From the NCBI GenBank assembly GCA_051006215.1, contig JBPCIO010000141.1, forward strand, positions 50,455-114,454: 64,000 nt of DNA. Direction: 5' to 3'. Positions within the stretch are counted from its first letter, which is position 1. Each line of letters opens with the position of its first letter. The DNA is from Chloroflexota bacterium (GTDB taxonomy: Bacteria; Chloroflexota; UBA6077; CF-72). Below, piece after piece: positions 55,780-64,000 of this stretch. The notes under the pieces were generated by a model. That model saw only the letters and a program-made list of their open reading frames with translations. It did not search any database and was not told the DNA's origin. Made by a program: the position numbers and the translations under genes.

Positions 55780-56463
55780 CTAGCCGCGGGATAGGCTGTA
55801 GCCTACCCCTAGCACCGCTTTGATGCCGCGCTTGCCGCTTGGCGCGAGCGACAGCTTTTTACGGATGTGGCAGATGTGGGTCTTGAGCAGGTTCGAGTTG
55901 CCCTCGTCGTAGTAGCCCCAGGCGTACTCGATCAGCCGCGAGTAGGGGATGATGCGACCCTCGTTGAGCGCCAGCATATACAAGATGCGAAACTCGAGCC
56001 GGGTCAGCTGGACTGGCTTACCGGCTTTGGTCACTTCGTGCGACTGCAGGTCGAGGACAAGGTCGCCAACGCTCACCTGACTGGCTGGCTGACGGTAGGG
56101 ATCCGTCTGGCAGCGGCGCATGACCGCCTTCATCCGCGCAGCCAACTGCTTGGCGCTGAACGGCTTGGTCATGTAGTCGTCGGCACCGATCTGCAAGCCG
56201 CGCAGGATGTCCTCTTCCTCGTCCCGCGCCGTGAGCATGATGATCGGCGTCTTCGACTCGTGGCGAATGCGGCGGCAGACCTCGAATCCGTCAATCTTGG
56301 GCAGATTGCCGTCCAACAGGACGATATCCGGACTCTCACTCTCCCAACGTTGCAGGGCCTGCTGGCCGTCGACAGCCGCGAGTACGTTGTAGCCTTCGCG
56401 CCGCAGCGCGTAGGTCATCAGATCCAATAAATCAACGTCGTCGTCGACGACCAAAACCTTCAT
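55780..56463 (-). CDS. OmpR-family response regulator
   Basis: Receiver domain (VLVVDDD...DIVLLDGNLPKIDG...KPF) plus a winged-helix Trans_reg_C domain. Confidence 0.85.
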   Translation of the reverse strand: MKVLVVDDDVDLLDLMTYALRREGYNVLAAVDGQQALQRWESESPDIVLLDGNLPKIDGFEVCRRIRHESKTPIIMLTARDEEEDILRGLQIGADDYMTKPFSAKQLAARMKAVMRRCQTDPYRQPASQVSVGDLVLDLQSHEVTKAGKPVQLTRLEFRILYMLALNEGRIIPYSRLIEYAWGYYDEGNSNLLKTHICHIRKKLSLAPSGKRGIKAVLGVGYSLSRG

Positions 56464-56485
56464 GTGGGGAATCCTTGTCTTTGGG

Positions 56486-57301
56486 TTAGGAAACGATGCT
56501 CAGGTGCGATTTTGCGGCTAGGCCTCGAGCATTTGCGGGGATGGAAAACCAGAACCGAGCGCCACCACCACGGCGGCTCTCGACGCCCACGTCGCCGCCA
56601 TGGGCTTCGACGATAGACTTGACGATTGACAGGCCGAGGCCCACACCGTCCTTCCCACTATCGGCAGTTGCCGGGTCTCGATAATAGGGTTCGAACAAGC
56701 GATCTGCCTGGTCTGGCGAGACGCCAGGCCCGCGATCCGCGACGCACACCCGCACCGCACCAGGGCGAATCGAGATAGACAGGTCAATGGGTGTCTTGGC
56801 ACTGCTGAATTTGCTCGCGTTCATAATTAGATTGATGAGCACCTGGCCCAGGCGGCGGCTGTCTGCCAGCACTTCGGGCAGGCCGGCGCCGATGCGAACC
56901 CGCAGGCGCTGCCCGCGCTGCGCCAGGAGCGGCCCGACCACGGCATCGACATCGGCAAGCAGGTCCGACACGCTCAGCGACTGGCGGTACAGCTTCAGCC
57001 GACCTTCCAGAATTGTGGCGGCGCACAGCAGGTTCTCCACCAGCCCTTGCAGCCATAGCGTGCGTCGGTGCATCGCGCCCAACATGCTTTTGATCTGTTC
57101 GGGGTCTAGCTGCAAGAAGTCTTCTGCCAGTAGCTCGGACGACTGGGCCAGAGCGGTCAGCGGCCCACGCAACTCATGCGCCACGGTCGCAAGGACGGTG
57201 AGCTCATGCGCGGGTTGGGGTAAAGAAGGAGTGTTCAAGGCTTCAGGTAGGACTGGGGTGAGTCGCATGCTCGTCGCGGACCACTCTTGCGCCATATGCA
57301 T
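56486..57301 (-). CDS. Sensor histidine kinase (cytoplasmic, HisKA + HATPase_c, no obvious sensor domain)
   Basis: H-box AHELRGPLTAL. N-box LINLIMNASKF. G-boxes DRGPGV and GVGLGLSI. ATG 57301 is preferred; the ORF-track start is 57373. Confidence 0.8.
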   Translation of the reverse strand: MHMAQEWSATSMRLTPVLPEALNTPSLPQPAHELTVLATVAHELRGPLTALAQSSELLAEDFLQLDPEQIKSMLGAMHRRTLWLQGLVENLLCAATILEGRLKLYRQSLSVSDLLADVDAVVGPLLAQRGQRLRVRIGAGLPEVLADSRRLGQVLINLIMNASKFSSAKTPIDLSISIRPGAVRVCVADRGPGVSPDQADRLFEPYYRDPATADSGKDGVGLGLSIVKSIVEAHGGDVGVESRRGGGARFWFSIPANARGLAAKSHLSIVS

Positions 57302-57802
57302 TTTCAAGTCCAGGGGATCATACGTGTAGAACACGTAAAGCCTCGTAACAGAGACCGTGACAATGCCGTACAAGCGGCTGGCCGGGTTACAGGCGCGTTA
57401 CAAAACGACGTGGGGGTTGCGGGCGCGTTCACTTCGAGCCCGGGCCGGCGCCCTGCCGTCGTCAGGGTGCGCGCCATCTGCAATTTTCGCCTGGTCAACA
57501 GATTGCTAACGCGGCGTGAACTCATTCGCAACACCTGGCTCGCCGGCAGCGACGCTCAAGGGCGCCGGGTGGTTGAGGCAGTCGCGGTTACGACCCGGTA
57601 GCGCCCCAGCGCAGCGGTCAAGGCAAGTGTGGTTCATACCTCCGCCACGATTTGATCGAGTAGCACACTGCCGGCATGGCAGATCTGGCACTCAACTGGC
57701 AGCCCGCAAGCTGAGCCTCGGCGAGTGCATGCCGCACTGAAGCTCTTCCGCGACCGCTCCTCGAATCGTGGCTGCTGGCATTCTGGGCGATGGCCGTCGT
57801 GC

Positions 57803-58567
57803 TCAGTCGACGTGGCCCGGGCCGGATTCTGAACCCGGACCCGTGCTGCCTGGCTCGTCGTCTTCGGCGCTGAGCCTGACGCCGACGCCAGGGATGGTAT
57901 GCAGCAATTGCGGCCGCGCGGGATCCTGTTCGAGCTTGCGGCGCAGGCGGTGGACCGTCACCCGCACCACGTCCGACCCGCCTGGATCGTTGTAACCCCA
58001 CACCTGCGTGAGCAGCGTGCCCGTCCGAACCACCGTTCCAGCATTGGTCATGAGGCAGTGCAGCAAGCGAAACTCGGTCACCGTCAGACTCACCGCCTGG
58101 CCCGACTTGGTGACCGAGTGTTGAGCCAGATCGAGGGTGATACTGCCAACTTGTAGCCGCATCTCGGGCGCGCGCCGCACGGGCATTTCGCGACCACTAC
58201 GGCGGAGATGCGCACGAATTCGGGCCACCAGCTCGCGATGACTGAATGGCTTGGTTAGGTAGTCGTCGGCCCCGGCCTCCAGGCCACGTACCTTGTCTTC
58301 TTCGGAATCCAGAGCGGTCAACATGATGACCGGCAGTTGCGAGCGGCGGCGCAGCTCCTTGAGCACCTCCAAACCGCTAGACGCGCCCAGGTTGATGTCC
58401 AAGACGACCAAATCGGGTGTTCGTTCGTCGAGCAGACGCAGCGCGGTCACCGCGTCGTGAGCTCCAATCGGGTCCAGGCCGGCCCGTTTGAGCGCAAACG
58501 CCAGCAGGTCGATCAGCTCGCGGTCGTCGTCAACCAGCAGAATGCGCACTGCGCTTCGCGTCCTCAT
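57803..58567 (-). CDS. OmpR-family response regulator
   Basis: ILLVDDDRELIDLL...DLVVLDINLGASSG...KPF, followed by a winged-helix domain. ATG 58567 is preferred; the ORF-track 58807 start is an over-extension. Confidence 0.8.
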   Translation of the reverse strand: MRTRSAVRILLVDDDRELIDLLAFALKRAGLDPIGAHDAVTALRLLDERTPDLVVLDINLGASSGLEVLKELRRRSQLPVIMLTALDSEEDKVRGLEAGADDYLTKPFSHRELVARIRAHLRRSGREMPVRRAPEMRLQVGSITLDLAQHSVTKSGQAVSLTVTEFRLLHCLMTNAGTVVRTGTLLTQVWGYNDPGGSDVVRVTVHRLRRKLEQDPARPQLLHTIPGVGVRLSAEDDEPGSTGPGSESGPGHVD

Positions 58568-59780
58568 GTGCCGGCCGCGGAGCGGTGGGTAAGGTGAACC
58601 AAACCGCGGTGCCACTCCCGATGGCGCTGGCGATGCCGATCGTGCCGCCGTGCGCCTCGACGATGCCCTTGGCGATAGCCAGTCCGAGTCCAACCCCAGG
58701 CGCATCGTTTTCGTTTCGAATGCGATAGAACCGTTCGAATAGCCCAGCCTGCTGATCGAACGGGATGCCCGGACCTTCGTCTTCCACAGTGATGCGAACC
58801 ATAGCATCGGTGAAACCCGCGCTCACACGGATCTCGGCCGCTTCGGGGCTGTACTTCGAGGCGTTCGCCAGCAGGTTGGACAGCACTTGGCGCGCATAGC
58901 GCCGATCAGCCAGCACCTGCGGCAGGTCCGAAGGCACGTCGATCTGGATCCGTTGCCGACGACCCTGCGTGGCCGGGGTGACGATCTCGAGAGCATCGTC
59001 CAAAATGCGTCGCAGGTCGACCTTGCGCGGGGCGACCACAAAATGACCTGACTGAATACTGCCGGCGCTGAGTAGATCTTCCATCAGCGAGTGCATGCGG
59101 TGAGCGGTGCGCCTGGCCGAGCCGAGCACCTGAGCGAATTCTTGGTTGGTGAGATTCGGGTACTCGGTTTCCAGGATCTCGAGCGCACTGTCGAGCACCA
59201 TCAGTGGTCCGCGGAGCTCGTGAGCAACGCTGTACAACAGTTGCTCCCGCAAGCGGTTGACCTCCGCATGCCGTGAAATGTCGTGGACGACATACACTGC
59301 ATACCCCTCGTCCGCGCCCTCGTGCCTCACCGTGCGGCTGACTTCCAGGTCGACCGTGCGGCCCGTAGCATCGGCCAGCCTGCCCTGCACGTCTCCAGAG
59401 ACCAGGTCGCGCGGGTCGGCCGCGAATGGCAAGAGTTCGCGAATGGCGCGACCATACAGACGGGCTGGGCTGCCGAACATGGCCACGGCAGCGGCGTTGA
59501 AGCCGGTCACCCGGCCGCTGAGCGACGTCGTGACAATCGGCGTCCGGATCGCCTCGAGCAGCTCGCGACGGTGCGCTGCCTGTGACGCGAGTTCCGATGG
59601 CCCAGCGCCCCTCGCGACCAGCCCTGGTGCGGGTGAGGGCTCGTCCGACACGTGTAGGGTCTCCTCCTCCGTGGTGCTTACCTTGCTCCGACCACGTGGA
59701 CAGTTCGGACCATAAATCGCGCATGCCGCTTCGTCAAGCAGGAGGCCGTATTGTTGGCCGAAGTTAGCCTGATCAGTCAA
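58530..59780 (-). CDS. PAS-domain sensor histidine kinase
   Basis: N-terminal PAS-like region. H-box AHELRGPL. HATPase motifs LSNLLANASKYS, DEGPGIP and GVGLGLAIAK. The 3' end overlaps the downstream regulator start. Confidence 0.8.
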   Translation of the reverse strand: MTDQANFGQQYGLLLDEAACAIYGPNCPRGRSKVSTTEEETLHVSDEPSPAPGLVARGAGPSELASQAAHRRELLEAIRTPIVTTSLSGRVTGFNAAAVAMFGSPARLYGRAIRELLPFAADPRDLVSGDVQGRLADATGRTVDLEVSRTVRHEGADEGYAVYVVHDISRHAEVNRLREQLLYSVAHELRGPLMVLDSALEILETEYPNLTNQEFAQVLGSARRTAHRMHSLMEDLLSAGSIQSGHFVVAPRKVDLRRILDDALEIVTPATQGRRQRIQIDVPSDLPQVLADRRYARQVLSNLLANASKYSPEAAEIRVSAGFTDAMVRITVEDEGPGIPFDQQAGLFERFYRIRNENDAPGVGLGLAIAKGIVEAHGGTIGIASAIGSGTAVWFTLPTAPRPAHEDAKRSAHSAG

Positions 59781-59973
59781 AACTCACCTGAATCCCCATC
59801 CGTCCTCAACCATCACGTTTGCCTCGCCATGCAACTCTCTACCTTCCGTGGCCACTGGCGCACGCCCAACCGAGGAGGCCCAAGAAGCGGGTTGATCATG
59901 CTTAGTACCTACACCTGGATACGTTTGCCAAGCCGATCCGGTTCAGACGCTCAGCCACGGTTGCGGGCAGACC

Positions 59974-60789
59974 GTGGCTAGAAACCCGCAGTTTGGCGAT
60001 CGGACCGGCAATCCGCACGCGCCAGGCGCGACCATCCTGCTGGTCGAGGACGATGCTGCGACGGCGCTCATGCTCACCAACGTGCTCGAGTCGGCCGACT
60101 ACCGTGTCCGCACCGCGGTCACCGGAGCGGCGGCGCGCGCCCTGGTCGAGCAACTCGAGCCCGACCTGATTATCCTCGAGCTTGTCTTGCCAGACGAGGA
60201 TGGACTTGTGCTGTGCAGCGTGCTCAAGAGCATGGCGGATGTACCCGTCTTGATCTGTAGCGGCACGCAGCGCCGTCGAGACGCCTTTTTGAGTCTGAAA
60301 CTGGGCGCCGACGACTTCATCGCCAAACCATTTGATGCCTACGATGTGTTGGCACGAGTCGAAGTTCTCCTCAGGCGTGCCACCCAGCGCCACGCCGGTG
60401 AGTTAAGCCTCTCGGGTGGTCCGATTCGGATCGGCGAGCTGCGCATCGATCACTCCCTGCATGAGGTCATGGTGGCGGATGCGCGCCTGCAGTTGACACC
60501 CACGGAGTATCGGCTACTGACCGTATTGGCCGAGCGGCCGGACCAGGTCGTGCCGCGAGATGCCCTGGCCAAGTTGGTCTGGGGCGATCCTGATACAGGC
60601 ACTAGTCGTACGATCGACGTGCACATCGGGCGCCTGCGAGTGAAGCTCAGCCAGAGTGGCCAGGCGGCCCCCCAAATCGTGTCCGTACGCGGGTTCGGAT
60701 ATAAGCTTGTGCGCCCCGCCAGCAGCCCTAGCGCGAGCTCAGACGAGGCAGCCTACCGAAGCCGACTTGCTGACGGACGTCTCGGCTGA
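59974..60789 (+). CDS. OmpR-family response regulator with Glu in place of the phospho-acceptor Asp (atypical receiver)
   Basis: Receiver domain ILLVEDDAAT...PDLIILELVLPDEDG...CSG...KPF. The canonical Asp of the (I/V)LD motif is Glu (ILELVLP); the other receiver residues are conserved. Winged-helix C-terminal domain. GTG start. Confidence 0.75.
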   Translation: MARNPQFGDRTGNPHAPGATILLVEDDAATALMLTNVLESADYRVRTAVTGAAARALVEQLEPDLIILELVLPDEDGLVLCSVLKSMADVPVLICSGTQRRRDAFLSLKLGADDFIAKPFDAYDVLARVEVLLRRATQRHAGELSLSGGPIRIGELRIDHSLHEVMVADARLQLTPTEYRLLTVLAERPDQVVPRDALAKLVWGDPDTGTSRTIDVHIGRLRVKLSQSGQAAPQIVSVRGFGYKLVRPASSPSASSDEAAYRSRLADGRLG

Positions 60790-60898
60790 GCACCCGGGCG
60801 GCCCTGCGTCCGGCTGACGCCAACTGGCAACCCAAGTACCATCCTGCTGTTAGCATGACGCTGAGCGGGTACGCTGGTTGAGTCGGAGGTTTGCTGAG

Positions 60899-62740
60899 AT
60901 GGTGCCACGGCAGGCAGGGGGCGGCCGCTTCTGGCGCGCGCTGCAGCGCGTTCGCAATTGGTCGCCCAGCCTCGCGCTAGGGGTCTCGCTCGTGCTCGGC
61001 GCTGTGCTCGGCCAATCGTCGCTGGCGACGGCGCAGCCTGCCGGACCTGGACTCGACTCGGGCTTCTTCCCGGCCACTGGCTACCGCATTGGCTCGCCCG
61101 AGGTACTTGCCTACTTCGAGCATCGAGGCGGCGTGCGGACGTTCGGCTACCCCGTGTCAAACGAGTTCCCGTTGCTGGGCCAACGCGTGCAGATCTTCCA
61201 ACGTCAGATGGTCCGGCTAGCCGCAGACGGGACGGTCAGTACCGCCAACATCCTCGACCCTGACGTGCTGCCCGTCAGTCACATCGACGGGCTGAGCCTA
61301 CCCTCGGCTGACCCCGAACTGCTTGGCGGGGCACCCGTTGCCGGCAGCGACAACTACACTGCGCAGGCGCTGTCGTTCGTCAGCGTGTACGTACCCGACA
61401 CCTGGAATGGCCTGAACGTGAATTTTCAAACCACGTTCTTGAATACGGTCACGTGTGCCGACGCCTATGGCGCTGACCCGTGCGACGAGTCGCAGCTGCC
61501 GGTCCTGGCGCTCGAGCTGTGGGGCCTTCCGACCAGCCTGCCGACGACGGATCCTGTGAATGCCGACTTCGTCTATCAGCGGTTCCAAAAAGGGATCATG
61601 CACTTTTCACGCGCAACTGGCTTCACCCAGGGGTTGCTGATCGGAGATTGGCTCAAGCGTATCCTGGTGGGTGTCGACCTGTCGCCTGACATTGGCATGG
61701 ACGTCCGCCATTCACGTTTCTTTGCGCAGTACGCACCGTCGCGCCCGTTGGCTCTGGATCGACCGGCCGACCTACCAGATACGTCTCTGGCGCAAGCCTT
61801 CCGAGCCGACACCCTGTCTGCGGCTGGCCAGACCCAGCTCGAGCCGACGCTACCCGCCAACGTCGCGTCGACGGCGACTTCCGTGGCGCTGACGGCTACC
61901 GCCATAACCGCAACCCAGGTGTCCTTTCAGAGTACGCAAACGGGGCTCCAGGGAACCCAGGTGGTGCTCACCCAAACCGCGGCCGCGCTCGCCGCGACCG
62001 CCCTGGTCGGGCAGTTCACGCCGACGCCGACCCCAATGGCGGCCGTCAGCACCGTACCAGTGGTCAACCTCGGCTGTATGGGCGATGAACAGTTATGGTT
62101 TACCCCCCGCAGGCCGAACATAGGCGTCCACGTCGACATCTCGGTCACTTCCCAACGCCACCACGACGCGCGCTCCATGCGATTGACCGGTCCCCTCGAT
62201 CCTGGCCCAGTCACTGAACGTACGGGCCCGCTGGGTTTTGTCTGGACCTGGACCGTGGTCCCGGCAGTCGAAGACTTCCACCAGTGGACCTTCTACGCCG
62301 ATGGCCTGCGGCCGTGCATCACCTCCGGCTTCAATGCGTACCTGCCACTCGGCGCGACGTCCACGCCCACGCTTACCCCACAGGCGACCAATACGCCGGG
62401 GCCGACCTCCACGCCCACGTCGACGGTGGTTCCGATGCCGAGCGTTGCCAACGCGACCCAGAACGGGACCTGCGGCTCGGTGATCACCGTCGTTGGCAGC
62501 AACTTTGGTTCGCCGCCTTCCAATGTGGGCACCAACGTCCAGTTGCTGGCTGGTCCGAGTAACGCCGGCACGCCCAAGCTGCTGAACCTTATTGGCGGGT
62601 CGAACACGCAGCTGACCGCCACGTTGCCGAGCAACGGCTTGGTTTCGGGTGGCGGCTATGCCCTCATCGTGTCCAATAACGGCGGCGCTTCGAACACCGT
62701 ACCCTTTACCGTAACCGGCGCGCCAGGCACGACCTGTTAG
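60899..62740 (+). CDS. Secreted protein of unknown function with PT-rich linker and C-terminal IPT/TIG-like domain
   Basis: GGAGG SD upstream of ATG 60899. Signal peptide. Thr/Pro-rich linkers. A C-terminal Ig-like segment (GTCGSVITVVGSNFGSPPSNVGTNVQLL). Confidence 0.5.
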   Translation: MVPRQAGGGRFWRALQRVRNWSPSLALGVSLVLGAVLGQSSLATAQPAGPGLDSGFFPATGYRIGSPEVLAYFEHRGGVRTFGYPVSNEFPLLGQRVQIFQRQMVRLAADGTVSTANILDPDVLPVSHIDGLSLPSADPELLGGAPVAGSDNYTAQALSFVSVYVPDTWNGLNVNFQTTFLNTVTCADAYGADPCDESQLPVLALELWGLPTSLPTTDPVNADFVYQRFQKGIMHFSRATGFTQGLLIGDWLKRILVGVDLSPDIGMDVRHSRFFAQYAPSRPLALDRPADLPDTSLAQAFRADTLSAAGQTQLEPTLPANVASTATSVALTATAITATQVSFQSTQTGLQGTQVVLTQTAAALAATALVGQFTPTPTPMAAVSTVPVVNLGCMGDEQLWFTPRRPNIGVHVDISVTSQRHHDARSMRLTGPLDPGPVTERTGPLGFVWTWTVVPAVEDFHQWTFYADGLRPCITSGFNAYLPLGATSTPTLTPQATNTPGPTSTPTSTVVPMPSVANATQNGTCGSVITVVGSNFGSPPSNVGTNVQLLAGPSNAGTPKLLNLIGGSNTQLTATLPSNGLVSGGGYALIVSNNGGASNTVPFTVTGAPGTTC

Positions 62741-62871
62741 CTCGCGGCTCGTCTCATCCCGCCAGCCTTTGCAACCCTGGCGCGGGCCGCGGCGTCTAAA
62801 TCAAAAGGCCGTGTCGGTGAAAGGGCGTTCACCCGAAAACGCTTGCCTGATGATCCTAAGGAAGGCTCCTG

Positions 62872-64000
62872 AATGATGCGTACTCGCGGTCGATCCTCCC
62901 TCAGACCGTTGCTGTTAGCCGGCGCGCTCGCCAGCACTCTGCTCGTGGCGGCGTGTGGAGCCCGTCCACCCGCGGCGCCTGCCGCGGCACCCACCCCGGT
63001 GCCGGCTTCACCAGTCAGCGCTCAGATAGTCACGTGTGGGGTCATTCAACAAACGCTGTCCTACAGCGGCGATATCCGCGCTCGCGAACAGATCAGCGTG
63101 CTACCCAAGAACACTGGTCGTGTCGCTCGCATGCTGGTCGACGTTGGGAGTACGGTCAAGGCTGGCGATACGCTAGCGACGCTCGAGCAGGAGACTGCGC
63201 AGATTAGCTCCTTGCAGGCCAAAGCTACGCTGGCCGGGGCCCAGGCCAAGCTGGTCACGCTCCAGGCGGGCGCGAAGTCTGACGACGTCGCCGCCGCGGA
63301 AGCAGCCCTCGTCCAGCAGCAGGTGCATCTGCAGAGCATGCAATCCGGCGGTCGCGCCGAAGACATCCAGCTCGCCCAGGCAGCGCTCGATGCGCAGCAG
63401 GCCAAGCTCGACTTGATGGTTCAGGGCGGACGCCCAGAAGCTGTCCAGCAGGCCCAGGACGCGCTCGACTCGGCCAATGCCAAGCTGACTGCGCTCCAGA
63501 ATGGTGCCACCAGCGACATCAAGCAAGCCGCCCAGAGCGCCGTTGACTCAGACCAGGCCGCGCTCGCCAGCGCCGAAGCAGCGTATGCGGCCATCGGCGG
63601 CAACAACGCCGCCGACCTGCAAGCCGCCCAGAGTCAGGTCGATACGCTCACCGCCGCGGCCCAGTCAGCACAGGCAGCGGTGGCTTCAGCCGACGCCGCA
63701 CTCAGCAACTTGCAGGGCACCGCGCCGGCCGACATCCAACAAGCCCAAAGCGCATTAGATCAAGCGCAGGCCCAACTGAAGTCCGCTGAGGCAGCACTGA
63801 CGCAAGGCTTCAACCCGACTCAGGCGTCGATCGCCCAGGCCCAGGCAGCGGTGGAACAGGCGCAAGCCGGGCGGCAATCGGCAGAATCCCAGCAGACTGC
63901 CCTCGAACAGGGCGTCGCCCAGCCGTGCGCCAACACGAGCGTTGCCCCTGGCGTCACGATCAGCCGCAACAGCACTGCCTGCGGCGAGGCGAAAGCGTCA
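62872..64000 (+). CDS. HlyD-family periplasmic adaptor-like lipoprotein with Ala/Gln-rich coiled coil (paralogue of 5227..7134), 3' end beyond window
   Basis: GGAAGG SD. Lipoprotein signal MMRTRGRSSLRPLLLAGALASTLLVAAC. A beta-strand segment, then repeated ~24-aa coiled-coil units. Open to the window end, so absent from the ORF track. Confidence 0.6.

Noticed and set aside
1-64000. CRISPR arrays, tRNA/rRNA genes, transposases/integrases or phage genes
   Set aside because: No repeat-spacer periodicity, no cloverleaf-like conserved tRNA sequence in intergenic regions, and no DDE, tyrosine or serine recombinase-like ORFs were seen. The only tandem repeat is the coding HD array.

Overview
This is a high-GC window of roughly 64 kb, about two-thirds G+C by eye. 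It is almost entirely a glycan-assembly island, with a Wzx/Wzy-dependent exopolysaccharide (EPS) machinery at its core. The core comprises a Wzy-like polymerase, a split Wzz/BY-kinase pair, a polyprenyl-phosphate sugar phosphotransferase and a Wzx flippase. Around these sit at least 14 glycosyltransferases (families GT4, GT2, GT26 and GT10-like), two epimerase/dehydratases, an aminotransferase, an asparagine-synthase-like amidotransferase, three methyltransferases, two acyltransferases, a deacetylase and several GT-C-type membrane glycosyltransferases with a polyprenol-phosphate sugar synthase. Embedded in the island is an exosortase (C/N/R catalytic motif) with an overlapping EpsI-like gene, and a candidate exosortase substrate. 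That substrate is a signal-peptide protein made almost entirely of His-Asp octad repeats and ending in a PEP-CTERM-like (PEL variant) sorting signal. The island is bounded by two paralogous HlyD-type coiled-coil lipoproteins, one of them translationally coupled to a membrane J-domain protein. At the 3' side lie a secreted multidomain glycanase-like protein, two histidine-kinase/OmpR-type response-regulator pairs, and a third OmpR-type regulator whose phospho-acceptor Asp is replaced by Glu. A direct repeat, CTCAAC-N5-CTCAAC with 11-bp register, recurs in at least eight intergenic promoter regions of the island. It is a candidate operator for the co-located OmpR-family regulators. No rRNA, tRNA, CRISPR array or obvious mobile element was seen. 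Many entries in the ORF track are antisense or alternate-frame artefacts of the high GC content, and many real genes start downstream of the track's maximal ORF start. Several intact-looking genes reach the window edges and are therefore absent from the track.
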